Origin: Microcoleus sp.
GTDB lineage: Bacteria; Cyanobacteriota; Cyanobacteriia; Cyanobacteriales; Microcoleaceae
Length of the DNA: 64,000 nt
Assembly (NCBI GenBank): GCA_042408215.1
Contig: JAYFMW010000007.1
Location: 160,001 to 224,000, forward strand
Reading direction: 5' to 3'
Below, piece by piece: positions 20,657 to 32,055 of this stretch. A model generated the notes under the pieces. The model was not told where the DNA came from and ran no database searches. It was given only the letters and a program-made list of their open reading frames with translations. Both the position numbers and the translations under genes were made by a program. The stretch's first letter is position 1; every line of letters starts with the position of its first letter.

Positions 20657-22309
20657 ATGCCCCCTACTTTCAAGAAACTAGCTGCCATTGCCATCTTTTT
20701 TGTAGCCATAAAAGTTTTAGTTGACTCCCCGTATTTCAAAGAAGCAAAGGATTCGATCGCACACCGAAACCAAGCAAGTGCCACCTTAGACACCGAAAGT
20801 CTGCGCCAAACAGCCACACACCAGCCCCCAGCAGCGCCTCAAACACCACCAGAACGCAACTTTGATATAGTAGTCTATGGCGACGAAGTACCGGGCATAT
20901 GTGCAGCTATTTGGGCCAAGAAAACCCTAGGCGCAAACGGAAAAGTAGCCGTAGTGCGATCGAACCATGAAAGCGCACCTTTAGGCGGCGTACTCACCCG
21001 TGGCGGTTTAGGTTACGTCGATTTAGATAAAATACCCGATTGGTATCGCCAACCCTACGCCCAATGCTTCCGGGAATTCCTAGACAAAGCGAAAGTTCCC
21101 GAATCTTGCTTAGAACCAAAAACGGCAGATAAAGCTCTCAAAGAGATGCTGTCAGAAGCCGATGTTAAAGTTATTTCTAACTCAACACTCACTCCTCACG
21201 TAGTCGATCGTAAAATTGAATATGCCGAAGTAAAAGACAGCAATGTCAAAATTAAAGCTAACTCTTACATTGACGTAACTCAAGACGCCGAACTAGCAAG
21301 AAAAGCCGGATTATCCTATTATACAGGATATGAATCGCAAAATATCAAATCTAAAAATGAAACCTTAGCGATATCTATAGTCCCGACAATTACCGGCCTC
21401 ACGATGTCCGACCTCCGCAGAATAGAAGATGAGATTCTTTCCAACACACCTTTAGTAGAAAAGATTAAATATAGCATTGCCAAATATAAAGATGATGCGA
21501 GTGCAGAATTCTGGATGAGGAATTTCTGGAGCACGATTTATCAAGCCTACAGAGACGGCTACAATATCAGAAGTGTAGCCCTAGGAGCAGCCTATCATGT
21601 AGACAGAAATCTGCCCTTTACTCAAGACAAAGGCTTCTTTTTTGACAAGGCCAATATTTGCGTTCATCAAGATAATTCTCTGTCGTGGAACGGCTTTTTG
21701 TTTAAATATCAAGTTGACCAACTAATGAAGATGGAAGCTAACGACAGAAAGCCGACTCCTGAGATGCTGAAAGAAATGTCATTTCTGCAAGAGTGGCTGC
21801 AAAAAAAATCGGGTAAAGATGTGAGACTATTTATCCCGGATGAGGTTTATATCAGGCAAACTTTGAATATTCGCGATGTCGTAGAACCGCTGACTGGGAA
21901 GGAAATTATTAAAGGAGGAACAGTGCCCGAAAAGTCGATCGGCAGTTTTTCCTATGACTTTGATTTACGAGGCGGAGTCAAGGATTTGTCATCGAGAATT
22001 CCAGGATTGCCCGTGTATAATTTTGGCATAGAAAGTGCATTGGCTAGCAAAGTGAATAATTTGGCGATCGTCGGGCGATCCTCTGGATATGTCGGTATGG
22101 CTGTATCAGTCGGGCGAATTGCGACGGTGAATATTTATCAAGGACAAGGTGTGGGTGTGGCGGCCGGTTTGGCTAGCAAATTGGGAGTACCGCTGAATAC
22201 AATTACTTCGAGTAAAACGAGAGAAACTTTGGAGACTTTGACGGGGAAAACTACTTATTTATCTGGGAGAGATACGAGTTATGGGGTGGATTATCAGGAG
22301 GTGAAATAG
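20657..22309 (+). CDS. FAD-dependent oxidoreductase-like protein with N-terminal signal/membrane anchor
   Basis: FDIVVYGDEVPGICAAI (degenerate Rossmann), LGGVLTRGGL, YIDVTQDAELA..AG, NLAIVGRS, QGQGVGVAA. Confidence 0.75.
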   Translation: MPPTFKKLAAIAIFFVAIKVLVDSPYFKEAKDSIAHRNQASATLDTESLRQTATHQPPAAPQTPPERNFDIVVYGDEVPGICAAIWAKKTLGANGKVAVVRSNHESAPLGGVLTRGGLGYVDLDKIPDWYRQPYAQCFREFLDKAKVPESCLEPKTADKALKEMLSEADVKVISNSTLTPHVVDRKIEYAEVKDSNVKIKANSYIDVTQDAELARKAGLSYYTGYESQNIKSKNETLAISIVPTITGLTMSDLRRIEDEILSNTPLVEKIKYSIAKYKDDASAEFWMRNFWSTIYQAYRDGYNIRSVALGAAYHVDRNLPFTQDKGFFFDKANICVHQDNSLSWNGFLFKYQVDQLMKMEANDRKPTPEMLKEMSFLQEWLQKKSGKDVRLFIPDEVYIRQTLNIRDVVEPLTGKEIIKGGTVPEKSIGSFSYDFDLRGGVKDLSSRIPGLPVYNFGIESALASKVNNLAIVGRSSGYVGMAVSVGRIATVNIYQGQGVGVAAGLASKLGVPLNTITSSKTRETLETLTGKTTYLSGRDTSYGVDYQEVK

Positions 22310-23404
22310 ATCTTAAGAGGATTTTACCGCAGAGAGCGCAGAGGGCGCAGAGAGGGGAGGGATGAAAGGTTTTTTTTACGACATCAAAAACCCTCCCAAA
22401 GCTCTTCCCTCTGCGTCCTCTGGCGCTGGAGCGGTTCAAAACTCTTCTCTTTATGAAGTGGATTATAAAGAAGTGAAATAGATCTTAAGAGGATTTTACC
22501 ACAGAGAGCGCAGAGAGCGCAGAGAGGGGAGGATTGAGAGGGTTTTTTACGACATCAAAAACCCTCCCAAAGCTCTTCCCTCTGCGTCCTCTGGCGCTGG
22601 AGCGGTTCAAAACTCTTCTCTTTATGAAGTGGATGATAAAGAAGTGAAATAGATCTTAAGAGGATTTTACCACAGAGAGCGCAGAGGGCGCAGAGAGGGG
22701 AGGGATGAAAGGTTTTTTTTACGACATCAAAAACCCTCCCAAAACTCTTCCCTCTGCGTCCTCTGGCGCTGGAGCGGTTCAAAACTCTTCTCTTTATGAA
22801 GTGGATTATAAAGAAGTGAAATAGATCTTAAGAGGATTTTACCGCAGAGAGCGCAGAGGGCGCAGAGAGGGGAGGGATGAAAGGTTTTTTTTACGACATC
22901 AAAAACCCTCCCAAAGCTCTTCCCTCTGCGTCCTCTGGCGCTGGAGCGGTTCAAAACTCTTCTCTTTATGAAGTGGATTATAAAGAAGTGAAATAGATCT
23001 TAAGAGGATTTTACCACAGAGAGCGCAGAGAGCGCAGAGAGGGGAGGATTGAGAGGGTTTTTTACGACATCAAAAACCCTCCCAAAGCTCTTCCCTCTGC
23101 GTCCTCTGGCGCTGGAGCGGTTCAAAACTCTTCTCTTTATGAAGTGGATTATAAAGAAGTGAAATAGATCTTAAGAGGATTTTACCACAGAGAGCGCAGA
23201 GGGCGCAGAGAGGGGAGGGATGAAAGGTTTTTTTTACGACATCAAAAACCCTCCCAAAACTCTTCCCTCTGCGTCCTCTGGCGCTGGAGCGGTTCAAAAC
23301 TCTTCTCTTTATGAAGTGGATTATAAAGAAGTGAAATAGATCTTAAGAGGATTTTACCACAGAGAGCGCAGAGGGCGCAGAGAGGGGAGGGTTGAGAGGG
23401 TTTG
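22286..23404. repeat. Tandem array of six 171-172 bp units plus a partial seventh
   Basis: GTGAAATAGATCTTAAGAGG recurs at 22301, 22473, 22644, 22816, 22988, 23159, 23331. Confidence 0.97.
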
Positions 23405-23782
23405 TTAGGAGAGGATGAGGCGGCGGATTCCTTCTCTTAAAAAGCGGACATTAAAGTTGATGAGAAGGGCTAGAGGATAACCAGTCATTTTGAGGTAGGA
23501 GATAACTTGAGCTTCATGGATAGGAAGTAGAGTTTGCACTGACTTTAATTCAACAACGAGAGTCTTGGCAACCAGCATATCGTATCTGCCTTCCCCAACC
23601 AAAACACCTTTGTAAAGGACATTCACCGTAGGCTGAGGGTCAAAAGGAATTCCCCGGCGCGAGAGTTCTTCACGCAACGAATTCTCGTATACCGCTTCCA
23701 AAAACCCCGGCCCCAACTCCTTGTGAACCTCCATCGCCGCGCCAATCACAGCGTAACTCAATTCATTAAGATTCTCTGCCAA
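23405..23782 (-). CDS. GxxExxY family PD-(D/E)xK-like protein
   Basis: VIGAAMEVHKELGPGFLEAVY (GxxExxY), RYDMLV...VVELKSV, HEAQVISYLK, LLINFN; TTG start with AGGAG upstream. Confidence 0.95.
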   Translation of the reverse strand: MAENLNELSYAVIGAAMEVHKELGPGFLEAVYENSLREELSRRGIPFDPQPTVNVLYKGVLVGEGRYDMLVAKTLVVELKSVQTLLPIHEAQVISYLKMTGYPLALLINFNVRFLREGIRRLILS

Positions 23783-23940
23783 CTCTCTTCTCTCCTTTTC
23801 TCAAACCAATAATCACAATCATAATCCAAAACCCTCCGAACACTCTTCCCTCTGCGCCCTCTGCGCCCTCTGCGGTTCAAACCTCTTCTCTTCCCTCACC
23901 TATGGCACAATCTTAATATAAAACCTCCACCCTCTCGCCA

Positions 23941-26718
23941 ATGACCGCAAACCTACCCCCCCAATACGACCCCAAAGCCACCGAAGCCAAATGGCAAAAA
24001 TACTGGGAAGATAACCAAACCTTCAAAGCTGACCCAGAACAAGGCGGCGAACCTTACTGTATCATCATCCCACCTCCCAACGTCACCGGCAGCCTCCACA
24101 TGGGCCACGCTTTCAACAACTCCCTCGTTGACGCACTCATCCGCTATCACCGCATGATTGGTGACAATACCCTCTGTCTCCCCGGAACTGACCACGCTAG
24201 CATCGCAGTTCAAACTATTCTCGAAAAGCAACTCAAAGCTGAAGGTAAAACTCGCGATGATTTAGGAAGAGAAAAGTTCTTGGAACGGGCCTGGAATTGG
24301 AAAGCTGAATCGGGCGGTGCTATTGTTAATCAATTGCAGCGTTTGGGTTTGTCTGCGGATTGGTCGCGGGAACGTTTTACGATGGATGAAGGTTTGTCTA
24401 AATCTGTTTTAGCTGCTTTTGTTCGACTCTACGAAGAAGGGATGATTTATCGTGGCAATTATTTAGTTAATTGGTGTCCAGCTAGTCAGTCTGCTGTCTC
24501 TGATTTGGAAGTAGAAAGTAAGGAAGTTGATGGGAATTTGTGGCACTTTCGCTATCCTTTATCTGACGGTAGCGGTTTTGTGGAGGTGGCGACTACTCGA
24601 CCGGAAACGATGTTGGGTGATACTGGGGTGGCGGTGAATCCCAATGACGATCGCTACAAGCATCTTATCGGTAAAACTCTGACTCTGCCAATTATGAATC
24701 GGGAAATTCCGATTTTTGCTGATGAATTAGTCGATCCAACTTTCGGAACTGGTTGTGTGAAAGTGACTCCAGCCCATGACCCGAATGATTTTGAGATGGG
24801 TAAGCGTCATAATTTGCCGTTTATCAATATCATGAATAAGGACGGCACTTTAAATGAAAATGCGGGTGAGTTTCAAGGACAAGACCGGTTTGTTGCTCGC
24901 AAAAATGTAATTAAGCGGCTAGATTCTGACGGGTTTTTGGTGAAAATAGAGGATTATAAACATACTGTTCCTTTTAGCGATCGCGGAAAAGTTCCGGTAG
25001 AACCCCTATTATCCACTCAGTGGTTTGTCAAAACTCGCCCGATGGCTGACAAGGCTTTGGAATTTCTCGACCAACACAATCAGCCGCAGTTTGTACCTTC
25101 TCGCTGGACTAAGGTTTATCGCGATTGGTTGGTGAAAATTAAAGATTGGTGCATTTCGCGGCAGTTGTGGTGGGGACATCAAATCCCGGCTTGGTATGCT
25201 GTTAGCGAAACCGGTGGCGAAATTACAGATCATACTCCTTTTGTGGTGGCCACAAATGAGGCGGCTGCTAGGGAAAAAGCTTTATCACAATTTGGAGAAA
25301 ATGTCAAGTTAGAACAAGACCCGGATGTTTTGGATACTTGGTTTTCGTCGGGACTTTGGCCGTTTTCGACGATGGGATGGCCGGAGGAAACTGCGGATTT
25401 GGCAAGGTATTATCCTAACAGTACGCTATCGACTGGTTTTGATATCATCTTTTTCTGGGTTGCTAGAATGACGATGATGGCGGGATATTTTACGGATAAA
25501 ATGCCGTTTGAAACTGTGTATATTCACGGTTTGATCTTGGATGAAAATGGTAAAAAACAATCTAAGTCGGCGGGAAATGGTATCGATCCGTTAGTTTTGA
25601 TTGATAAGTATGGTACTGATGCTTTGCGTTATTCGCTGATGCGGGAAACTGCTGGTGCGGGCCAAGATGTCCGTTTGGATTACAACCGGCAATCCCATGA
25701 GTCGGCGACGGTGGAAGCTTCCCGGAATTTCACTAATAAGTTGTGGAATGCTGCGCGGTTTGTGATGATGAATTTGGCGGGACAAACTCCGCAGCAATTG
25801 GGGAATCCTTACCCCCCCCAGCCCCCCGTAGGGGCGGTGCCCCCGTGCCCGCCCTCTAAGAGGGGGAGTGAAGAGGGGTTGGAATTGTGCGATCGCTGGA
25901 TTCTTTCTCGCTATTATCAAGTTGTACAGCAAAGTCGTAATGATTTTGAAAGTTACGCTTTGGGGGAAGCGGCGAAGGGACTTTATGAGTTTATCTGGGG
26001 CGATTTTTGTGACTGGTATATTGAGTTAGTCAAGTCTCGCTTACAACAGGATGCTGAACCTAATTCTAAGAAAGCGGCACAGCAAACTTTTGCTTTTGTT
26101 TTGGAAGGTATTCTGAAACTTTTGCATCCTTTTATGCCGCACATTACTGAGGAAATTTGGCACACTCTGACTCAAAAAGGTGAGGATGAATGTCTGGCTT
26201 TGCAAGCTTATCCTGAAGCGGATATATCGCTGATTGCTCCTGATTTAGAACAGCAGTTTGAGTTGTTATTTGGCACGATTCGGACTATTCGCAATTTGCG
26301 GGCTGATACTGATATTAAGCCGGGAGTTAAGGTGACGGCGTTTTTGCAAAGCGAAAGCGCAAAAGAACGCGAAATTATCTCAAATGGAGCCATTTACATT
26401 AAAGATTTGGCTAGGGTGGAAAATCTGACGATTACTGCTAGTTTGGATGCAGATTTAGGACAGACAATTGCTGGGGTTGTGGGTACTGTGCAAGTATTGA
26501 TTCCTCTGGCTGGGGTGGTTGATCTGGTGGCTTTGCGTGCTAAATTGGAGAAAAAATTGGGCAAGGTTGAAGGGGAAATTAAGCATACTTCGGCGCGTTT
26601 GGCGAATCAGAAGTTTGTGGAAAAAGCTGACCCGGAAGTTGTTCAGGTGGCGCGGGATGGTTTGGCGGAGGCGGAGAAACAGGCGGAAATTTTGCGCGAT
26701 CGACTAAAGTTGTTTTAA
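23941..26718 (+). CDS. valS: Valine--tRNA ligase
   Basis: [53 protein letters not shown]-terminal coiled coil. Confidence 0.98.
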   Translation: MTANLPPQYDPKATEAKWQKYWEDNQTFKADPEQGGEPYCIIIPPPNVTGSLHMGHAFNNSLVDALIRYHRMIGDNTLCLPGTDHASIAVQTILEKQLKAEGKTRDDLGREKFLERAWNWKAESGGAIVNQLQRLGLSADWSRERFTMDEGLSKSVLAAFVRLYEEGMIYRGNYLVNWCPASQSAVSDLEVESKEVDGNLWHFRYPLSDGSGFVEVATTRPETMLGDTGVAVNPNDDRYKHLIGKTLTLPIMNREIPIFADELVDPTFGTGCVKVTPAHDPNDFEMGKRHNLPFINIMNKDGTLNENAGEFQGQDRFVARKNVIKRLDSDGFLVKIEDYKHTVPFSDRGKVPVEPLLSTQWFVKTRPMADKALEFLDQHNQPQFVPSRWTKVYRDWLVKIKDWCISRQLWWGHQIPAWYAVSETGGEITDHTPFVVATNEAAAREKALSQFGENVKLEQDPDVLDTWFSSGLWPFSTMGWPEETADLARYYPNSTLSTGFDIIFFWVARMTMMAGYFTDKMPFETVYIHGLILDENGKKQSKSAGNGIDPLVLIDKYGTDALRYSLMRETAGAGQDVRLDYNRQSHESATVEASRNFTNKLWNAARFVMMNLAGQTPQQLGNPYPPQPPVGAVPPCPPSKRGSEEGLELCDRWILSRYYQVVQQSRNDFESYALGEAAKGLYEFIWGDFCDWYIELVKSRLQQDAEPNSKKAAQQTFAFVLEGILKLLHPFMPHITEEIWHTLTQKGEDECLALQAYPEADISLIAPDLEQQFELLFGTIRTIRNLRADTDIKPGVKVTAFLQSESAKEREIISNGAIYIKDLARVENLTITASLDADLGQTIAGVVGTVQVLIPLAGVVDLVALRAKLEKKLGKVEGEIKHTSARLANQKFVEKADPEVVQVARDGLAEAEKQAEILRDRLKLF

Positions 26719-26984
26719 GGAGTCATTAGTCCTTAGTCATTTGTCATTAGTCAGTCAAGCTGTAGGGTGCGTGAGGGCGAAAAATCTGGGAATCCCAATC
26801 AAAATATTGGCTCTCACGCACCGCAGGCGCGATCGACTAAAGTTGTTTTAAGGAGTCATTAGTCCTTAGTCATTTGTCATTAGTCAGTCAAGCTGTAGGG
26901 TGCGTGAGGGCGAAAAATCTGGGAATCCCAATGAAGATATGGACTCTCACGCACCGCAGGCGCGATCGACTAAAGTTGTTTTAA
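26694..26984 (+). repeat. 133-bp tandem duplication including the last 25 nt of valS and a GTAG REP-like hairpin
   Basis: GCGCGATCGACTAAAGTTGTTTTAA at 26694, 26827 and 26960; each full unit carries GTAGGGTGCGTGAG...CTCACGCACC. Confidence 0.95.
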
Positions 26985-27117
26985 TAGTTGATTGTTGACG
27001 GTTGACTGGGGCCGGGGCGGGTTTTCGAGATAGTTAGTTTTGGGCATAGATTGTTTGTAAAACCCGCCCCTACGAGTTCGTAAATCAAACAAATAACCAA
27101 TAACTAATAACTAATCG

Positions 27118-27228
27118 ATGCCCCCTAACCCCCCTTTATTAAGGGGAGTAGGGGAGTAGGGGGTGTGGGACAAGAGCGCTCAAAGTCAACCCCTACTCCC
27201 CTTCTTAAGGGGGATTTAGGGGGATCGA
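27118..27228. repeat. CCCCTTATTAAGGGG-family palindromic repeat
   Basis: Same family as 5225-5305, 17030-17155 and the 31 kb array. Confidence 0.8.
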
Positions 27229-27291
27229 GTCTCGGCTACAAGCAAGATATACAAATAACCAATAACTAATAACTCATAACTAATAACCCTT

Positions 27292-27786
27292 ATGCTATAT
27301 CTAGCTCAGGTACAAAATCAGGAAGTTTTAGACGATCGCGCCCTGGAATTGCTGGCTTGTCAAAATGCTGATGATACTTGGGCGATTCTTGTTGAAAAAA
27401 AAGTCTTGACATTCCCGACAGATTGTGGTATACAGCTAAATAACTTCCCAACTAATGTCTTAAATGAAGGCGTTTTAGTATTAGCTGATATTGGGGAAAA
27501 TGGCGAAGTTTTGAAGATGCGATCGGCTACAAACTGGGTACTCGAATTAGTCGATCGGTATTTGACAACAGGTATTACACCAGATTTTTTGCAGCTAGAA
27601 GCTGAGAAAGCAGAAGAGTGGCGGCAATCTCTCACTTTGCAAAGTCAAGCATTATCTCGTCGTTTCATTGAAGTAGAAGCCCGCCGAGAACAAATTCAAA
27701 CTTTAGAAGCAAAACTTCAGCAGGAAAAGCAATTGCTGGAAAGTACGATCGCCCAATTGACAACAAAATTTGAACCCGCCGCATAG
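27292..27786 (+). CDS. Conserved cyanobacterial hypothetical coiled-coil protein (N-terminus reminiscent of HmpF)
   Basis: MLYLAQVQ...LELLACQ..D.TW; WRQSLTLQSQ...EARREQIQ. Confidence 0.7.
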   Translation: MLYLAQVQNQEVLDDRALELLACQNADDTWAILVEKKVLTFPTDCGIQLNNFPTNVLNEGVLVLADIGENGEVLKMRSATNWVLELVDRYLTTGITPDFLQLEAEKAEEWRQSLTLQSQALSRRFIEVEARREQIQTLEAKLQQEKQLLESTIAQLTTKFEPAA

Positions 27787-27854
27787 AATTCCGATCCTCC
27801 ACAAACAAAGTCCCAGCAGAGTGGGACTAAGATAATAGAAGCAATATCATTGGG

Positions 27855-28784
27855 CTAAAGAATTTTGGATTTCAGCCAAGCGGCGGGGAGACACTGCAAT
27901 TTCTGAGAATTGGTAACGTAGGCCCGCTTCTGGAACACGTCGTACTGATTCCGTTCGATCGCATTTAAGATTCTGCTATAAAGCATGGTAGCAGCCCACA
28001 CAGTCCAGCGGATATCGGGACTCAGCACTTTGATTCCCGGTTCGGCGCTAGTATATAATTTGCGAGCTCGCTGAATTTGAAAGCGCATCAATTCCCGCCA
28101 GCGGTTGTCAATTACACCATTGAATAAATCTGCTTCGGTATAGTTAAACAGCGCTAAGTCTTCTAAGGGAATGTAAATGCGGCCGCGGCGGGCGTCTTCT
28201 CCGACATCGCGCAGAATGTTAGTCAACTGTTTGGCGATACCAAGGGAGATGGCCTCTTCTTTGGGAATTTTATTACCCCAATGCCAATTCCAGTTAGCAG
28301 CGGAGTTCGATTCGTCCACGCCCATGACAGACATCGACATCATCCCGACAGTACCGGCTACCCGATAACAATAAAGATTGAGCTCTTCAAAAGTTTCGTA
28401 GCGACTGCGGTACAAGTCCATTTGCTGGCCCGCAATCATCTCTCGAAACGGCTGAATGTCGATCGGGAAGCGAGAAAGCGTATCCACCAAAGCTACGTCT
28501 AAATCGTCGTGGGGGTGGCCGGCAAACAGCGATTCTAGGCGTTTTTCCCACAAATTGAGGGTTTCAGGGGTTGTGGCATCAGAACCCGGCCCGTCTACAA
28601 GTTCGTCGGTGCGGCGGCACCAGACGTAAATCGCCCAAATCGCCCGACGCTTGGCTTCGGGCATGAGTTGAGTGCCTAAATAAAAATTTTTGGCATAACT
28701 CGCGGTGACTTGGCGACAGAGTTCGTAGGATTCATCCAAAGAAGCCAGAGTTCTCATGCACTGGAGTTTTGACAGTTGCAGCAT
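27855..28784 (-). CDS. crtB: 15-cis-phytoene synthase
   Basis: YAKNFYLGT, WCRRTDELVDG, YCYRVAGTVG, QLTNILRDVGED..RGRIY. Confidence 0.96.
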   Translation of the reverse strand: MLQLSKLQCMRTLASLDESYELCRQVTASYAKNFYLGTQLMPEAKRRAIWAIYVWCRRTDELVDGPGSDATTPETLNLWEKRLESLFAGHPHDDLDVALVDTLSRFPIDIQPFREMIAGQQMDLYRSRYETFEELNLYCYRVAGTVGMMSMSVMGVDESNSAANWNWHWGNKIPKEEAISLGIAKQLTNILRDVGEDARRGRIYIPLEDLALFNYTEADLFNGVIDNRWRELMRFQIQRARKLYTSAEPGIKVLSPDIRWTVWAATMLYSRILNAIERNQYDVFQKRAYVTNSQKLQCLPAAWLKSKIL

Positions 28785-28812
28785 CCGAGAATAAGAAATT
28801 TAAAGATTAGAA

Positions 28813-29259
28813 TTGACACTCCCCCGTTTAGAAAACGGGAGATTCTTTTACGTCTTTGTCAGGAACCTCAGCCTAAAGGCGTGAGGCTTGAAAGAGAAAT
28901 CTAGCAAGCCGTTCTGACCAGCCTCAGTCTTCATTGACTACGTTTTTTGAGTCACGACACCCTGTGGATGCGAAGCTAGTCCCCTGCTCTGTCGCTAGTG
29001 GTTAAACAGTCTTAAGGTCACTGAGACGGTGCTGCTAGCCGTGCGCAAGCTCTTAAAACTTTGGCGAAGCTAACATTACCCCAGTAATGGGAGGCTCTGT
29101 AAGGAGCGAAACACTATGCGTACAGGGTTGCAAAATTTGAAACGGTAACTGTCCCGTTGAAAGTGCATTACAAAAGTACACCAAATTAAACAACCCCAAG
29201 GCGGTAGTGATAAATGTAAAGCCGTCCTAAAAGGACGGGGTTTCAAACCCATTTTTCTG
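28813..29259. mobile_element. Non-autonomous IS200/IS605-family element inserted between pds and crtB
   Basis: TnpB-type end hairpin (minus strand AGAATCTCCCGTTTTCTAAACGGGGGAGTGTCAA, 28813-28846) and the opposite end AAGCCGTCCTAAAAGGACGGGGTTTCAAACCC (29219-29250), which is shared with the element at 55698-55905. Confidence 0.8.
28858..29095 (+). ncRNA. IscB-associated omegaRNA / HEARO-like RNA without an intact iscB
   Basis: Characteristic segments GTCAGGAACCTC..CTAAAGGC..GAGGCTTG, TGACCAGCCTCAG, GACTACGTT, GACACCC..GGATGC..GCTAGTCCC.TGCTCTGTC, GTTAAACAG, TTGGCGAAGCTAACATTACC; then only ATGCGT plus a 10-codon stub. Confidence 0.85.
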
Positions 29260-29278
29260 ATGAAAAATTCTTAATTTT

Positions 29279-30659
<1,381 letters not shown>

Positions 30660-30764
30660 TTACTTGGCCTCTGTGTTCGCTTCGGTTTAATTATACTTTA
30701 CAACTCGTTACATTTTTTTAGGGAAATCTGTAGGGAAACGGCACTGCCGTGTCCGGTGCGGGGA

Positions 30765-32055
30765 GGACTCAAGCGCGGGGTACTCAGAAACCGGGTTTTT
30801 GCGACAAAACTTCGTTACACCGTGCAGAAACCCAAAAAAACCCGGTTTCTCGACTCAAGCGCGAGGTACTCAGAAACCGGGTTTTTGCCAGAAAACTTCG
30901 TTACACCGTGCAGAAACCCAAAAAAACCCGGTTTCTTGACTCACCCGCGAGGTATCCAGAAACCGATCCCCCTAAATCCCCCTTAAGAAGGGGAGTAGGG
31001 GTTGACTTTGATCGGAATCTTGTCCCCACCCTTATTAAGGGGGGTTAGGGGGGATCAGATTCTATGCAGCCTCATAAAAACTGCGTTACACCGTGCAGAA
31101 ACGCGAAAAAACCCGGTTTCTTGACTCACGCGCGAGGTACTCAGAAACCGGGTTTTTGCCAGAAAACTTGTTACACCGTGCAGAAACCCAAAAAAACCCG
31201 GTTTCTCGACTCAAGCGCGGGGTACTCAGAAACCGGGTTTTTGCGAGAAAACTGCGTTACACCATGCAGAAACGCGAAAAAACCCGGTTTCTTGACTCAA
31301 GCGCGGGGTATCCAGAAACCGATCCCCCTAAATCCCCCTTAAGAAGGGGGACTTTGATCGGAATCTTGTCCCACCCCCTACTCCCCTTATTAAGGGGGGT
31401 TAGGGGGGATCAGATTCTATGCAGCCTCATAAAAACTTCGTTACACCGTGCAGAAACCCCAAAAAAACCCGGTTTCTTGACTCACCCACGAGGTATCCAG
31501 AAACCGGGTTTTTGCCAGAAAACTTCGTTACACCGTGCAGAAACCCAAAAAAACCCGGTTTCTTGACTCACCCGCGAGGTATCCAGAAACCGATCCCCCT
31601 AAATCCCCCTTAAGAAGGGGGACTTTGATCGGAATCTTGTCCCACACCCCCTACTCCCCTACTCCCCTTATTAAGGGGGGTTAGGGGGGATCAGATTCTA
31701 TGCAGCCTCATAAAAACTTCGTTACACCGTGCAGAAACCCAAAAAAACCCGGTTTCTCGACTCAAGCGCGGGGTACTCAGAAACCGGGTTTTTGCGAGAA
31801 AACTGCGTTACACAATGCAGAAACCCAAAAAAACCCGGTTTCTCGACTCACCCGCGAGGTATCCAGAAACCGATCCCCCTAAATCCCCCTTAAGAAGGGG
31901 TTGACTTTGATCGGAATCTTGTCCCACACCCCCTACTCCCCTACTCCCCTTATTAAGGGGGGTTAGGGGGGATCAGATTCTATGCAGCCTCATAAAAACT
32001 GCGTTACACCGTGCAGAAACTCGAAAAAACCCGGTTTCTCGACTCACCCGCGAAA
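30765..32055. repeat. Composite 1.3-kb array of two interleaved palindromic repeat families
   Basis: ~85-bp module CAGAAACCGGGTTTTTGC...AAAAACCCGGTTTCT repeated many times, plus four ~115-125 bp CCCCTAAATCCCCCTTAAGAAGGGG...GGGGGATCAGATTCTATGCAGCCTCATAAAAA modules (about 30965, 31321, 31592, 31872). Confidence 0.95.

Noticed and set aside
22251..23297. Four repeated 62-75 aa ORFs (MNRSSARGRRG...LCALCALCG)
   Set aside because: They arise from reading through the repeat arms from TTG starts; no independent sign of coding, although translation cannot be excluded
22286..23404. CRISPR array
   Set aside because: Whole 172-bp units are near-identical; there are no unique spacers and no cas genes in the window
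30765..32055. CRISPR array, or the short ORFs predicted here
   Set aside because: Sequences between palindromes are repeated rather than unique; the ORFs are translations of repeats
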